Shown here in pieces: positions 1 through 8,126 of a stretch of DNA of 64,000 bases. This DNA comes from Planctomycetota bacterium. GTDB taxonomy: Bacteria > Planctomycetota > UBA8108 > UBA1146. Under the pieces are notes generated by a model. The model did not search any database, was not told the DNA's origin, and worked only from the letters and a program-made list of their open reading frames with translations. The position numbers and the translations under genes were made by a program. Where the stretch lies: assembly GCA_965661685.1 (NCBI GenBank), contig CBFIET010000122.1, forward strand, positions 27,270 to 91,269, given 5' to 3'. How positions within the stretch are numbered: the first letter of the stretch is position 1; each line of letters opens with the position of its first letter.

Positions 1-990
1 GGACAGCTTCTTCCGAGCCGCAAGGAGCAGGTGGTGATCGGTGACGATGGTGCCGTGCGGTTGGGATTCGAGTTGAAGGAAGAGTCGGAGAATGTCGTCC
101 TGCAGCAATTCGCCAGGGCCATCGGCTGGCGCGTCGCTGCAAGCTGGTTTCCGCAACGCCCCACTCCACTGTTGCTGATCGGAGACCTGCCGGAGAAAAG
201 TCTCGATTCTCCCGTACAGGTGTTTTCCGGAGATTCGACCACCAGTTCCAGCGATCGATTGCGTGATCTACAGCGATGCAGCGGAACCGAGATCACCATC
301 GGAAAGGGAAAGGAACAGTTGGTCCTCTCCTTCCGCAATCCCGTGCACTTCTCGGTGATCCCTGACGTCGACGGGCATGGAGCACAACTGTGTGCTGATG
401 CCGGCGTGGTGCTGGCAGGATCTGCACTCGATCTTTCCATCGCAGCAAGCAGTGAGCGAGAAGAGGGGCGGGTCCAGGCGATTGTTGAAAAGATCGATTC
501 GCTGCTGGCGAAACCCGATGAAGGTGCAGCCCAGAATCTGATCAACGACGCTCGGAATGCCTTTCCGTGGCGCGAAGACCTCGAGCGAAAGATGGTCGAG
601 AGAGAGAACCTGATCCAGATCGAAGTGGATGCTGCCTTCGCCCAGATCGAGGCGGTCGTCGCTGATGCCGACAATTACCCCGGCGCCCCGACCGGGCAGT
701 ACCTGAAACGGATCTGCGAGGCAGCGGCGGTTCGCTTCAGGGGTCTCAAGCCTGGAGCACTCTCCGGGGAGATCCTCTCCTCGATGGAGGAGCAGCAAGC
801 TGCGGCCAGGGGCGTCGAGGAGGAAGACGAGATCGGTCGCCTGCTCGCCAGGGGGCGCGCTGCACTGGGACGCAATCGTCACGAGGTGGCTAAATTGTAC
901 TTCCAGTGGGTGGTGGAGCACCACCCGTCAACCGCTGGATCCGAAACTGCGCAACAGGAACTGAAACTGATCGAAGCGAGGGGTAACTGA
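1..990 (+). CDS. Hypothetical protein with a coiled-coil/TPR-like C-terminus; 5'-partial at the window edge
   Basis: Open frame runs to position 1 with no upstream stop. Its TGA stop overlaps the ATG of the next gene (ATGA), indicating co-transcription with the pseudopilus operon. No recognisable family motif. Confidence 0.45.
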   Translation, partial: GQLLPSRKEQVVIGDDGAVRLGFELKEESENVVLQQFARAIGWRVAASWFPQRPTPLLLIGDLPEKSLDSPVQVFSGDSTTSSSDRLRDLQRCSGTEITIGKGKEQLVLSFRNPVHFSVIPDVDGHGAQLCADAGVVLAGSALDLSIAASSEREEGRVQAIVEKIDSLLAKPDEGAAQNLINDARNAFPWREDLERKMVERENLIQIEVDAAFAQIEAVVADADNYPGAPTGQYLKRICEAAAVRFRGLKPGALSGEILSSMEEQQAAARGVEEEDEIGRLLARGRAALGRNRHEVAKLYFQWVVEHHPSTAGSETAQQELKLIEARGN

Positions 991-2609
991 TGTCATATCG
1001 GGGACACGCCACAGTGGTTCAACTTACCGCCGATCGCTGGCGCGCGGTTCATGTTTCAGGGCATGGCCGAGGCGTCGAGGTCGTTGCCATCGATGAAATC
1101 GAGGCGACCGACCAGGATCAAATCACGCCCTGGATCAAGGATCTGGCCAGTCGAGGATTCCCGGTGAAGAACACCGGAATCCTGCTCGATTCTGAAAATT
1201 CCTCGCTGCGCTATCACGGGGTTCCGCCGGTTCCCTCGTGGCGTCTCGAATTGATTCTCAAGTACGAGGTGGAAGAGATCGCCGAGAAAACTGGCGACAC
1301 CCTTTCCGGGGGACACATGGAGCTGGTGGTTCCGGAGAGTTTCTCCGAGGACACCCTGCTGCTCCTGGGGGTCGGCAAGGATGCGTTGATCCAGCCTTCC
1401 ATCGATCGGATTCGTGCGGGTGGAGGGACCATCGCTCGCGCCTTGCCCGCTGCCATGGGGATCTATCATGCTCATCTTGCTGCAGGGAATATCGACGATG
1501 ACGAAACGGTGGTTCTGTGCGACGTGCACCACGCCGAGACGCAGATTCTCGTGGTTCGTGGTGATCGCCTGCTGTTCGCCAGGAGTGTTGGCTTCGGTAT
1601 CCAGGGCCTCGAAGAACTGGTCCAGGAGCGACTCTCCCTCGACGCACAGAAAGCGGTAGAACTGGTTGCGCACTTTGCTTCTGGAGATCTGGTCGGTCAG
1701 GAAGAAGCGGTCTCGATGTGCCATCGAGGTTGGTCGAGCCAGTTGATTCAGATGCTGAAGTCGTCTCTCTCCTTCTGCCAGGCTCAGTTAAAACTTGAAG
1801 AGGTTTCGGCAGATCGACTCCGTCTCTCCGGGTCAGGCGCCTCTCTTGTATCGAGCGGGGAGGATCTCGGCGCTGAACTGGGTTGCAACGTCGACACCCT
1901 TGCCTTCGAGGGGGCCGATGGAACTGACTGGACGGTTCTGGTCGGTACCGCAGCGGCGATGTGCGATGGCGAGGAACGTGTCGTCGATCTGCTACCCGAA
2001 TCGGAACGAAAAAGGCGAACCTTCCGTGACCACACTCGTTTCCTGTGGGCCGGAGTCGCAGCCCTGGTAATCGCACTCGGTCTGCAGTTCATCGATGTTT
2101 CCCTTGCCTCCTCACGGGCGGGAAACGCCTTCGATGCGATCAAGCACTGGCGAGGTCAGATCTCCAGCTGGACTGCTGCGGAAGCAAGTGCTCGAGCGGA
2201 AAACGATGTGTTTCGGAAGCGAGAAGCTCGCGTGCTTCAGGAGATCGACACGGGGCGTTTCTATGCACGGATACTCGACGGCCTGAGGGCGGAGTTACCG
2301 GTCGAGATCTCACTCGATCAGATTCGCCTCAACCGCGTTGCATCTGCGGAAGTGGTCGGAGTCGAGGTCACTCTCTCCGGCGTGGCGGATAACTCCAGAA
2401 GAAATGGACTGGAAGCGATCGAATCGCTGCAACGGAAGCTGGAGGCGGTGCCCGGTGTCGAACGAGTCCAGGTCATTCCTGGCGCGCCCAAATCAGGCAG
2501 TTACCCCTTCGTCATCACCGTGTCTCCGGTGGAGGAGATGCCGGACAACTCGGGCAGGCGAGGAGGTCCTGGCAGACGAACCAGGACACCATTCGGGGGG
2601 AGAGGATAA
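990..2609 (+). CDS. GspL-like assembly protein: cytoplasmic actin-like (PilM-type) domain, single TM helix, periplasmic PilN-like domain
   Basis: N-terminal ~340 aa is an actin/FtsA-like fold. A TM segment (FLWAGVAALVIALGLQFIDV) and a periplasmic domain follow. This PilM-PilN fusion architecture matches GspL. The gene lies in an operon with pseudopilins. Confidence 0.65.
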   Translation: MSYRGHATVVQLTADRWRAVHVSGHGRGVEVVAIDEIEATDQDQITPWIKDLASRGFPVKNTGILLDSENSSLRYHGVPPVPSWRLELILKYEVEEIAEKTGDTLSGGHMELVVPESFSEDTLLLLGVGKDALIQPSIDRIRAGGGTIARALPAAMGIYHAHLAAGNIDDDETVVLCDVHHAETQILVVRGDRLLFARSVGFGIQGLEELVQERLSLDAQKAVELVAHFASGDLVGQEEAVSMCHRGWSSQLIQMLKSSLSFCQAQLKLEEVSADRLRLSGSGASLVSSGEDLGAELGCNVDTLAFEGADGTDWTVLVGTAAAMCDGEERVVDLLPESERKRRTFRDHTRFLWAGVAALVIALGLQFIDVSLASSRAGNAFDAIKHWRGQISSWTAAEASARAENDVFRKREARVLQEIDTGRFYARILDGLRAELPVEISLDQIRLNRVASAEVVGVEVTLSGVADNSRRNGLEAIESLQRKLEAVPGVERVQVIPGAPKSGSYPFVITVSPVEEMPDNSGRRGGPGRRTRTPFGGRG

Positions 2610-3413
2610 ATGCAAGAAATCTGGCAAAAGAACAGACAGGTGCTGATCAAGGCGTTGTCCGCTCTGGCAATTTTCCTGGTCATCTCCAACATCGCGCGGG
2701 GTTATCGTTCCGATTACGAGAACAAGTTGGTTCGCAACGAAGAGGAAGCTCAGGTTCTTGCGCAGAAACTTGAAGAACTGGACGGTGTCGTCGACGTCGA
2801 ACGGAAGTCGCGAACTGCCCTCGAGGAGCGCAATCAGGACCTGCTCAAGAAGATGGGGATCTCCTATTCTGCAAGTCATCAGGCTCCTGGTGAGGGCGGA
2901 ACATTCAGCATCGATTTCAAGCGAGCGAAGGATTCGGTATGGGTCGATTTCCGGGAGCGAGCCAACAGGATCGGGCTGGTCACTCCCTCTGATATCCCCA
3001 ATTTCGATGAGAGGGGAGACCTGAGCGACGTCGAGTGGGTCGATCGATATCGACTACTCGAGGTGATGGATAGGTTTCTCAAGGCGTGCTTGCAATCCGA
3101 CATCGTGAGGATCGACAAGGTCGTTCCTGGTGATCGGATGCAGGAGGATCTGCAGGACCAGGAGAAGGTGCTGGTACGGTATCCCGTGGCCTTCGAACTG
3201 ATCTGCAAACCGGGTCAACTCAGTGAACTGATCGTTCGATTCCAGCGAGATCAATCGTTCCTTTCCATCGAACCGGGCTCGGTGATACGAGACAAGGATG
3301 ACGAGGAGCGTATCTCTGTAAACCTCACGGTGGTAGGGATCGACATGGAGGATCCTCGTGAAGCTGCTTCAGACAATCGAAGAAGTCCAAGACAGCCGAG
3401 GAGGGGGTTCTGA
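2610..3413 (+). CDS. GspM/PilO-like bitopic inner-membrane assembly protein
   Basis: N-terminal TM helix (ALSALAIFLVISNIA), then a coiled coil, then a periplasmic domain. Its ATG directly abuts the GspL-like stop. Confidence 0.5.
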   Translation: MQEIWQKNRQVLIKALSALAIFLVISNIARGYRSDYENKLVRNEEEAQVLAQKLEELDGVVDVERKSRTALEERNQDLLKKMGISYSASHQAPGEGGTFSIDFKRAKDSVWVDFRERANRIGLVTPSDIPNFDERGDLSDVEWVDRYRLLEVMDRFLKACLQSDIVRIDKVVPGDRMQEDLQDQEKVLVRYPVAFELICKPGQLSELIVRFQRDQSFLSIEPGSVIRDKDDEERISVNLTVVGIDMEDPREAASDNRRSPRQPRRGF

Positions 3414-3799
3414 TGCGCTGGAATATAGAAAAGACCTTCTGTGGAATCTGCCTCTGTTTCTTGCTGCTCAACGTGTTCGGGCTTGCGAAGACATTCATCC
3501 TCGGAGACCCGCTCACAGGAGTTGCTCTTCAGCAACCCAGTTCCAGCGACGGTGGAGCCGTCGGTGGCCTGGTCAGGCTTGACTGGTACGAACCTGTGCC
3601 AGTAGAGGTCGCCAGAAACCCCTTTCAGAGTGTCAGTGAGTGGAAGCCAGCACCTGTCGATGTGCTCGGTGCGCCTCCGGTAGCGCCGTTGCCCAGGAGG
3701 ATTCCACTACCCGCACTTCTGTCCGGTAACTCCGCCACCCGGCTACACGCCGAACTCGCGCCTCCGGTGCAAGTGGACGAAGATGAGGAGTCTCGGTGA
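3413..3799 (+). CDS. Small signal/TM protein with an RNPF motif and a Pro-rich tail (PilP/GspC-like N-terminal segment?)
   Basis: Hydrophobic N-terminus. An 'ARNPF' motif resembles the conserved RDPF/RNPF motif of PilP. ATGA overlap with the upstream gene. No beta domain is present. Confidence 0.35.
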   Translation: MRWNIEKTFCGICLCFLLLNVFGLAKTFILGDPLTGVALQQPSSSDGGAVGGLVRLDWYEPVPVEVARNPFQSVSEWKPAPVDVLGAPPVAPLPRRIPLPALLSGNSATRLHAELAPPVQVDEDEESR

Positions 3800-6114
3800 T
3801 GCAAAGAAACATGATCGTGCTACTGCTGCTGCTCTTTAGCCCTGTCCTGATGGGGCAAGACGGCATCGACATGGAAATTCGCGCCCAGGACATCATCGAG
3901 TTGAACAACGGAAATCGATTTGAAGGTCGAATCCTCTCGGAGTTGAATGACTTGATCCAGTTCGAAACCGCAGCTGGCAAGGTTTCGATCGCTCGAGGTG
4001 ATATCCGTCAGATCCTCTACAGGAATCCTCCAGAAAAGATCTACGAGGCGAAATTGCGGGGTGATTTCAACAGCCTGTCTCACGACAGTCACCTGCAGGT
4101 CGGTACGTGGTGTTTTCAGCCCGAGGTACGCCTGCTGGAGCAAGGAACGATGCACCTGGAGAAGGCTGTCTCCATCGATCCGGCCAGGATCGGACCCTAT
4201 CCGCAACTGATCGAGAGATATGCTGCTCGAGATCTCTCCGATGTCGAGGCGAGTGACCTCGAGCAGATGCAGATCATGGAGTGCCAGATACTTCTTGCGG
4301 GCATCAACGCGGGAGTCCCGATAGACAATCTCGATGAACTCGCAGTCGCTGCTCTCATCCGAACTGGTGATGTGGAAGCCGCCGTATTGCTACTTCAAAA
4401 GATGAGCAGTGGTTCCATCGAGGAGCCGTCTGTGGCGACCTCTTTACGGAAACTCGTGGTGTTGCTCGATTCTCTCGGAAGGTCGGAGGAGTCTCGTGAG
4501 GCTGCAACTCGTCTGCGAGAAGAGGGTGGAGGATCTGATGTCCAGGTACTTCGTCGAGAACTGCGCTGGTCAGTCCTGGATTACTCAGCGGGAGCGCTCG
4601 AAAAGCGTGGAGAAATCGACCGGATGGTCGAAGAGCTGATCGAACAGGGTGGCGACTCGGGAGAGGTATATCTCTATCGCGGTTCAGTGCGTCTCATCGA
4701 TGGAGATCTGACGGCTGCGGAGTCCGACTTCAAGAAGGCGTTTCGAGCAGGTAGTGTCGATTCGGTCGCCGCTACGACCTTCGCGCTATCTTTCGCGCGC
4801 CAGGGTTACTTCGAGAAAGCGCTCGACCTGCTAGGGTCTGCGGCATCCAGCGAACAGGTTGCGGTGGACTGGCGACTGGTAGAAGCCTACGTCCTCGAGT
4901 CGCAAGGAGACGTCGGGGCGGCGGTCGAGTTGTATGAGGAAGCAGCTGAGCACGAAGATTCGACATGGCAGGCACGCCTGCTGAGTATCGAGGCGAAGAG
5001 ACGCTTCCAGAACAACTGGGATCCTGTTCAGGATTTACAGAAGGTGATGCGGTCGGAGTTACTCTCTCCTGCTGCCTTCGCTGAATGCGCCATGGTTCTG
5101 GGGGATCATGCCCTCGAATCGGGTCGCCTACCAGAAGCGCGGCGTTGGCTCGAGTACGCCATCTCCAGCGGCTCCGACGGCCCTGATGTGATGTTGCGTC
5201 TGGCGCTTGCCCAGAGGGGGCCAGGCGGGGATCCGGCGCGGGCTCGTGAAGCACTCGATGTGGTGACGGAGCAACTTCCAAGGGACGCAGATGGTTGGAA
5301 TGCTCTCGCTGAACTGCTCCATACCCAGGGAGATCTCGAAGGAGCCAGGAGCGCACTGGAAAAGACGATTTCCCTCTATCCCGAGAAGATCGCAGAATCG
5401 TGGTCTCCTGAAACACCCGTTCCCCTCAGGTGGGCGCTTCGTTCCCAGCGCAGGATCTCCAGAGCCATCGAGCAGGAGTACTGGTTCGATGACTTTGAAC
5501 GAGATGATGACGATACTCTCCAAAATAATTGGCTCGAAGAGGAAGCGTACGGTGTATCGGTATCGATCAAGGATGGAACGGCCTTCTTGCAGGGCGTCCA
5601 GAAGCACCAACCCGATCGCCTGACCACCATGAAGAGGGAGATCCTGACTCCACGATTGACCGGCATTCGTACCGCCATCCGACTTCTCGCTGCGGGCCCA
5701 GGTACTCGGATTGCATTCCGCATCGAGGATCAATCTGGAGGCGGCATCGTCTTTTTCCGTGATCCGGATGGTGTCCTTGGATTTGCAGTTCTGGGCGGCA
5801 AAAAGGTCGACATGATTCGCACCGACGATGAGGAGGCCCAGGAAGACTACGGCCTCATCTCCACCTCCTGGAGCAAGGATTCTGGATCTCACCAGCTGGA
5901 GATCGCCTTCTCTTCCGACGGCAAGAATGACGCAGAACTTTGGTTTGACGGGATCCGCATCGCCAAGGGAATCTCCTACCGGCCATCACGCAAATCTGGG
6001 CTCACGGGAGGCTTCTCGGGCCAGGCGCCCCTCGACGAATTGTACGGATTCTCCATCGATGAGTTCGAGGTGTTCCGGCGCAAGGCGTTGGTCGTCCGAG
6101 AAAGGGAGTACTAG
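3796..6114 (+). CDS. Secreted TPR-repeat protein with a C-terminal concanavalin/LamG-like beta-sandwich domain
   Basis: Signal peptide MIVLLLLLFSPVLMGQ. Multiple TPR-like helical repeats. The C-terminal ~200 aa is beta-rich and LamG-like. The gene is embedded between assembly and pseudopilin genes. Confidence 0.55.
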   Translation: MMQRNMIVLLLLLFSPVLMGQDGIDMEIRAQDIIELNNGNRFEGRILSELNDLIQFETAAGKVSIARGDIRQILYRNPPEKIYEAKLRGDFNSLSHDSHLQVGTWCFQPEVRLLEQGTMHLEKAVSIDPARIGPYPQLIERYAARDLSDVEASDLEQMQIMECQILLAGINAGVPIDNLDELAVAALIRTGDVEAAVLLLQKMSSGSIEEPSVATSLRKLVVLLDSLGRSEESREAATRLREEGGGSDVQVLRRELRWSVLDYSAGALEKRGEIDRMVEELIEQGGDSGEVYLYRGSVRLIDGDLTAAESDFKKAFRAGSVDSVAATTFALSFARQGYFEKALDLLGSAASSEQVAVDWRLVEAYVLESQGDVGAAVELYEEAAEHEDSTWQARLLSIEAKRRFQNNWDPVQDLQKVMRSELLSPAAFAECAMVLGDHALESGRLPEARRWLEYAISSGSDGPDVMLRLALAQRGPGGDPARAREALDVVTEQLPRDADGWNALAELLHTQGDLEGARSALEKTISLYPEKIAESWSPETPVPLRWALRSQRRISRAIEQEYWFDDFERDDDDTLQNNWLEEEAYGVSVSIKDGTAFLQGVQKHQPDRLTTMKREILTPRLTGIRTAIRLLAAGPGTRIAFRIEDQSGGGIVFFRDPDGVLGFAVLGGKKVDMIRTDDEEAQEDYGLISTSWSKDSGSHQLEIAFSSDGKNDAELWFDGIRIAKGISYRPSRKSGLTGGFSGQAPLDELYGFSIDEFEVFRRKALVVREREY

Positions 6115-6741
6115 ATGAAAGCTTCTTCCCAATCGGGTTTCACCCTGGTCGAGTTACTCGTGGTGATCGCCATCATCGGAGTGCTGGCCGGTCTGGGAAC
6201 CCGGATGCTCGGCTACGCGACCAAGAGTAGTGCCATCGGCCTCGCAGAACAGGAGATGCAGCGACTGGTCCTGGGTGTCGAGACTTACACCCTCGACTTC
6301 GGTGATTTTCCTCCGTCGTCGATGGAGCGAGATTACGAGATCTCCGGAAACGGGCTCGATGAGGGGATCGAGAGCCTGGTTGCGCACCTCGCCAGCCGCT
6401 CGCGAGGTCGTTCCTATTTCGAGTTCAAGGAAGAGCACATCGAGAATCTCGACGAGGATCGGATGACCAATAGCGATCTCAAGGAAAAGATGAACTGGGT
6501 CTTCGGAGACGACCAGTTGCGAGAGTATGTCGATCCCTGGGGGGTTCCCTACGTCTACATCCACAACAGGGATTACAACAGCGAATTCTCGGTCACACAG
6601 GAGTCTGGGCCGGTGATGGTGACCGCTGGGATGTCGGAGAAAACGGCGACCCATCACGAGCCTCTTCGTTTTCAGATATGGTCCGCCGGTCCCGATGGAA
6701 TCCATCAAAACGGTGGCGGGGATGATGTTTCAGCATGGTGA
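6115..6741 (+). CDS. gspG: Major pseudopilin GspG (type II secretion)
   Basis: Class III signal with G-FTLVELLVVIAIIGVLAGL and Glu at +5. C-terminal GspG signatures DPWGVPYVY and IWSAGPDG...GGGDDVSAW are present. Confidence 0.85.
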   Translation: MKASSQSGFTLVELLVVIAIIGVLAGLGTRMLGYATKSSAIGLAEQEMQRLVLGVETYTLDFGDFPPSSMERDYEISGNGLDEGIESLVAHLASRSRGRSYFEFKEEHIENLDEDRMTNSDLKEKMNWVFGDDQLREYVDPWGVPYVYIHNRDYNSEFSVTQESGPVMVTAGMSEKTATHHEPLRFQIWSAGPDGIHQNGGGDDVSAW

Positions 6742-8126
6742 AGAGCGATACACGATCTAACCATGGAATCACGCTGATCGAGCTGCTCGTGGTGCTCTCG
6801 ATCCTGTCCGTGATTCTGGGTATGTCGGTATCGGTCTTTCGTTCCTTCGGCGACGCTCAAACGCTTGAGGTCGCTTCCAGTAGCGTTTCATCTACCGTCA
6901 GGGCAGCCAGGAACTGGTCGATCTCTTCCGGAATGCCCAGCAGAATTCTGGTCGATCCCGACCTTCGCAAGGTGACCGCCTTCGGCTTTCAACTGGTCGG
7001 ATCGTGGGACTTCGAGGACCTGGCAGGGGAGTCGCAGGGCAATGCCCTCGAGAGAGGCACCACCACATCCGGCGCGTACCGGCTTGAAGCGGAAGTTGTC
7101 GGGCGAGTGGAGCCGTGTCGTGGCTCCATCGGGGTCGGGGCGCACTTCGTCGATGAAGGTGCCTCCTTTCGAGCTCGAAATCTCCCCAGTTTTCATGGAC
7201 GCAACGGTGTCTCCATCGAAGCGTGGGTGAATTTCTGGAAGCCTCCCTGGCAAGTAGAAGATGGAATCGAACCGACTGGCGGTTTCTCCGATCCCAGGCG
7301 TGAGATGCGTCTCGCAGTACTCGGGATCCCACGTTCCTTCGAGATGGGATTGCTCGGTGATGGGGCGGTTTATTTCGAGGTAGGGGATCCGGAACGGGCC
7401 ATCGAAGGGGAATTCATCCGTGCTCAGACTGAGGGTGCTGTGGTGATTCCTGACCGCTGGGTACACCTCAGGGCCACCTTTGACGGAGTTGCACTGGTCA
7501 TCGAGGTGGACGGTGTCGAATTCGACTGGGTTCCTCAAGGATTCGAACTCGCCGAGCAGTGGCCACCGTTGCCGAGCGAGGTTCCTGTCAGTGATGCGGA
7601 TCTGTGGATCAGCCATCCCGATCGTTTCTTTCTCGGTGCACTGGACCAACTGGTGTTGCGTGTTGCCACCGAGCCGAACGTGACCGAATTGCCGCTGGAT
7701 ATCGAGCTGCTGGGAGCCACTTCACTGATTCATCTCGATAGCCGCGGAGCACTCGATCCTCTGCGTCACAATGAACCGGTGGTGATTCACATCGCAGAGG
7801 TCGGCGACCTCGTCCAGCTAGAAGCTGCCGATGGTACAGCCGTGGCGAAGGAGAGCTTCAGGGATCGGATGCGGAGAGAGCGGCAGGAACGCCAGGATCG
7901 TGACGACAAGATCGAAAAAGCTTTTGGAGATCCCATCGCAGATCTGATGCATCATCTTGAAAACTGGGAAACGGATCCGCAGACGCTGCTAGGCGATGAT
8001 TCGGAACCAGATGTCTTCGTTCCACTTGCACCTGGGATTCACTTCGGTGTCGGCGAAATCGATGGAGTATCGGTGTTGAGACTTCACAACGTGGTCATCG
8101 ACCTGACGGGAGCGATCCGTGGTTGA
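6735..8126 (+). CDS. Large minor pseudopilin (GspH-like prepilin N-terminus) carrying a LamG/concanavalin-like domain
   Basis: Prepilin-type N-terminal methylation motif G-ITLIELLVVLSIL. 463 aa, against ~180 aa for a typical GspH. The central region is LamG-like (WVHLRATFDGVALVIEVDG). Overlaps both neighbouring genes. Confidence 0.7.
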   Translation: MVKSDTRSNHGITLIELLVVLSILSVILGMSVSVFRSFGDAQTLEVASSSVSSTVRAARNWSISSGMPSRILVDPDLRKVTAFGFQLVGSWDFEDLAGESQGNALERGTTTSGAYRLEAEVVGRVEPCRGSIGVGAHFVDEGASFRARNLPSFHGRNGVSIEAWVNFWKPPWQVEDGIEPTGGFSDPRREMRLAVLGIPRSFEMGLLGDGAVYFEVGDPERAIEGEFIRAQTEGAVVIPDRWVHLRATFDGVALVIEVDGVEFDWVPQGFELAEQWPPLPSEVPVSDADLWISHPDRFFLGALDQLVLRVATEPNVTELPLDIELLGATSLIHLDSRGALDPLRHNEPVVIHIAEVGDLVQLEAADGTAVAKESFRDRMRRERQERQDRDDKIEKAFGDPIADLMHHLENWETDPQTLLGDDSEPDVFVPLAPGIHFGVGEIDGVSVLRLHNVVIDLTGAIRG

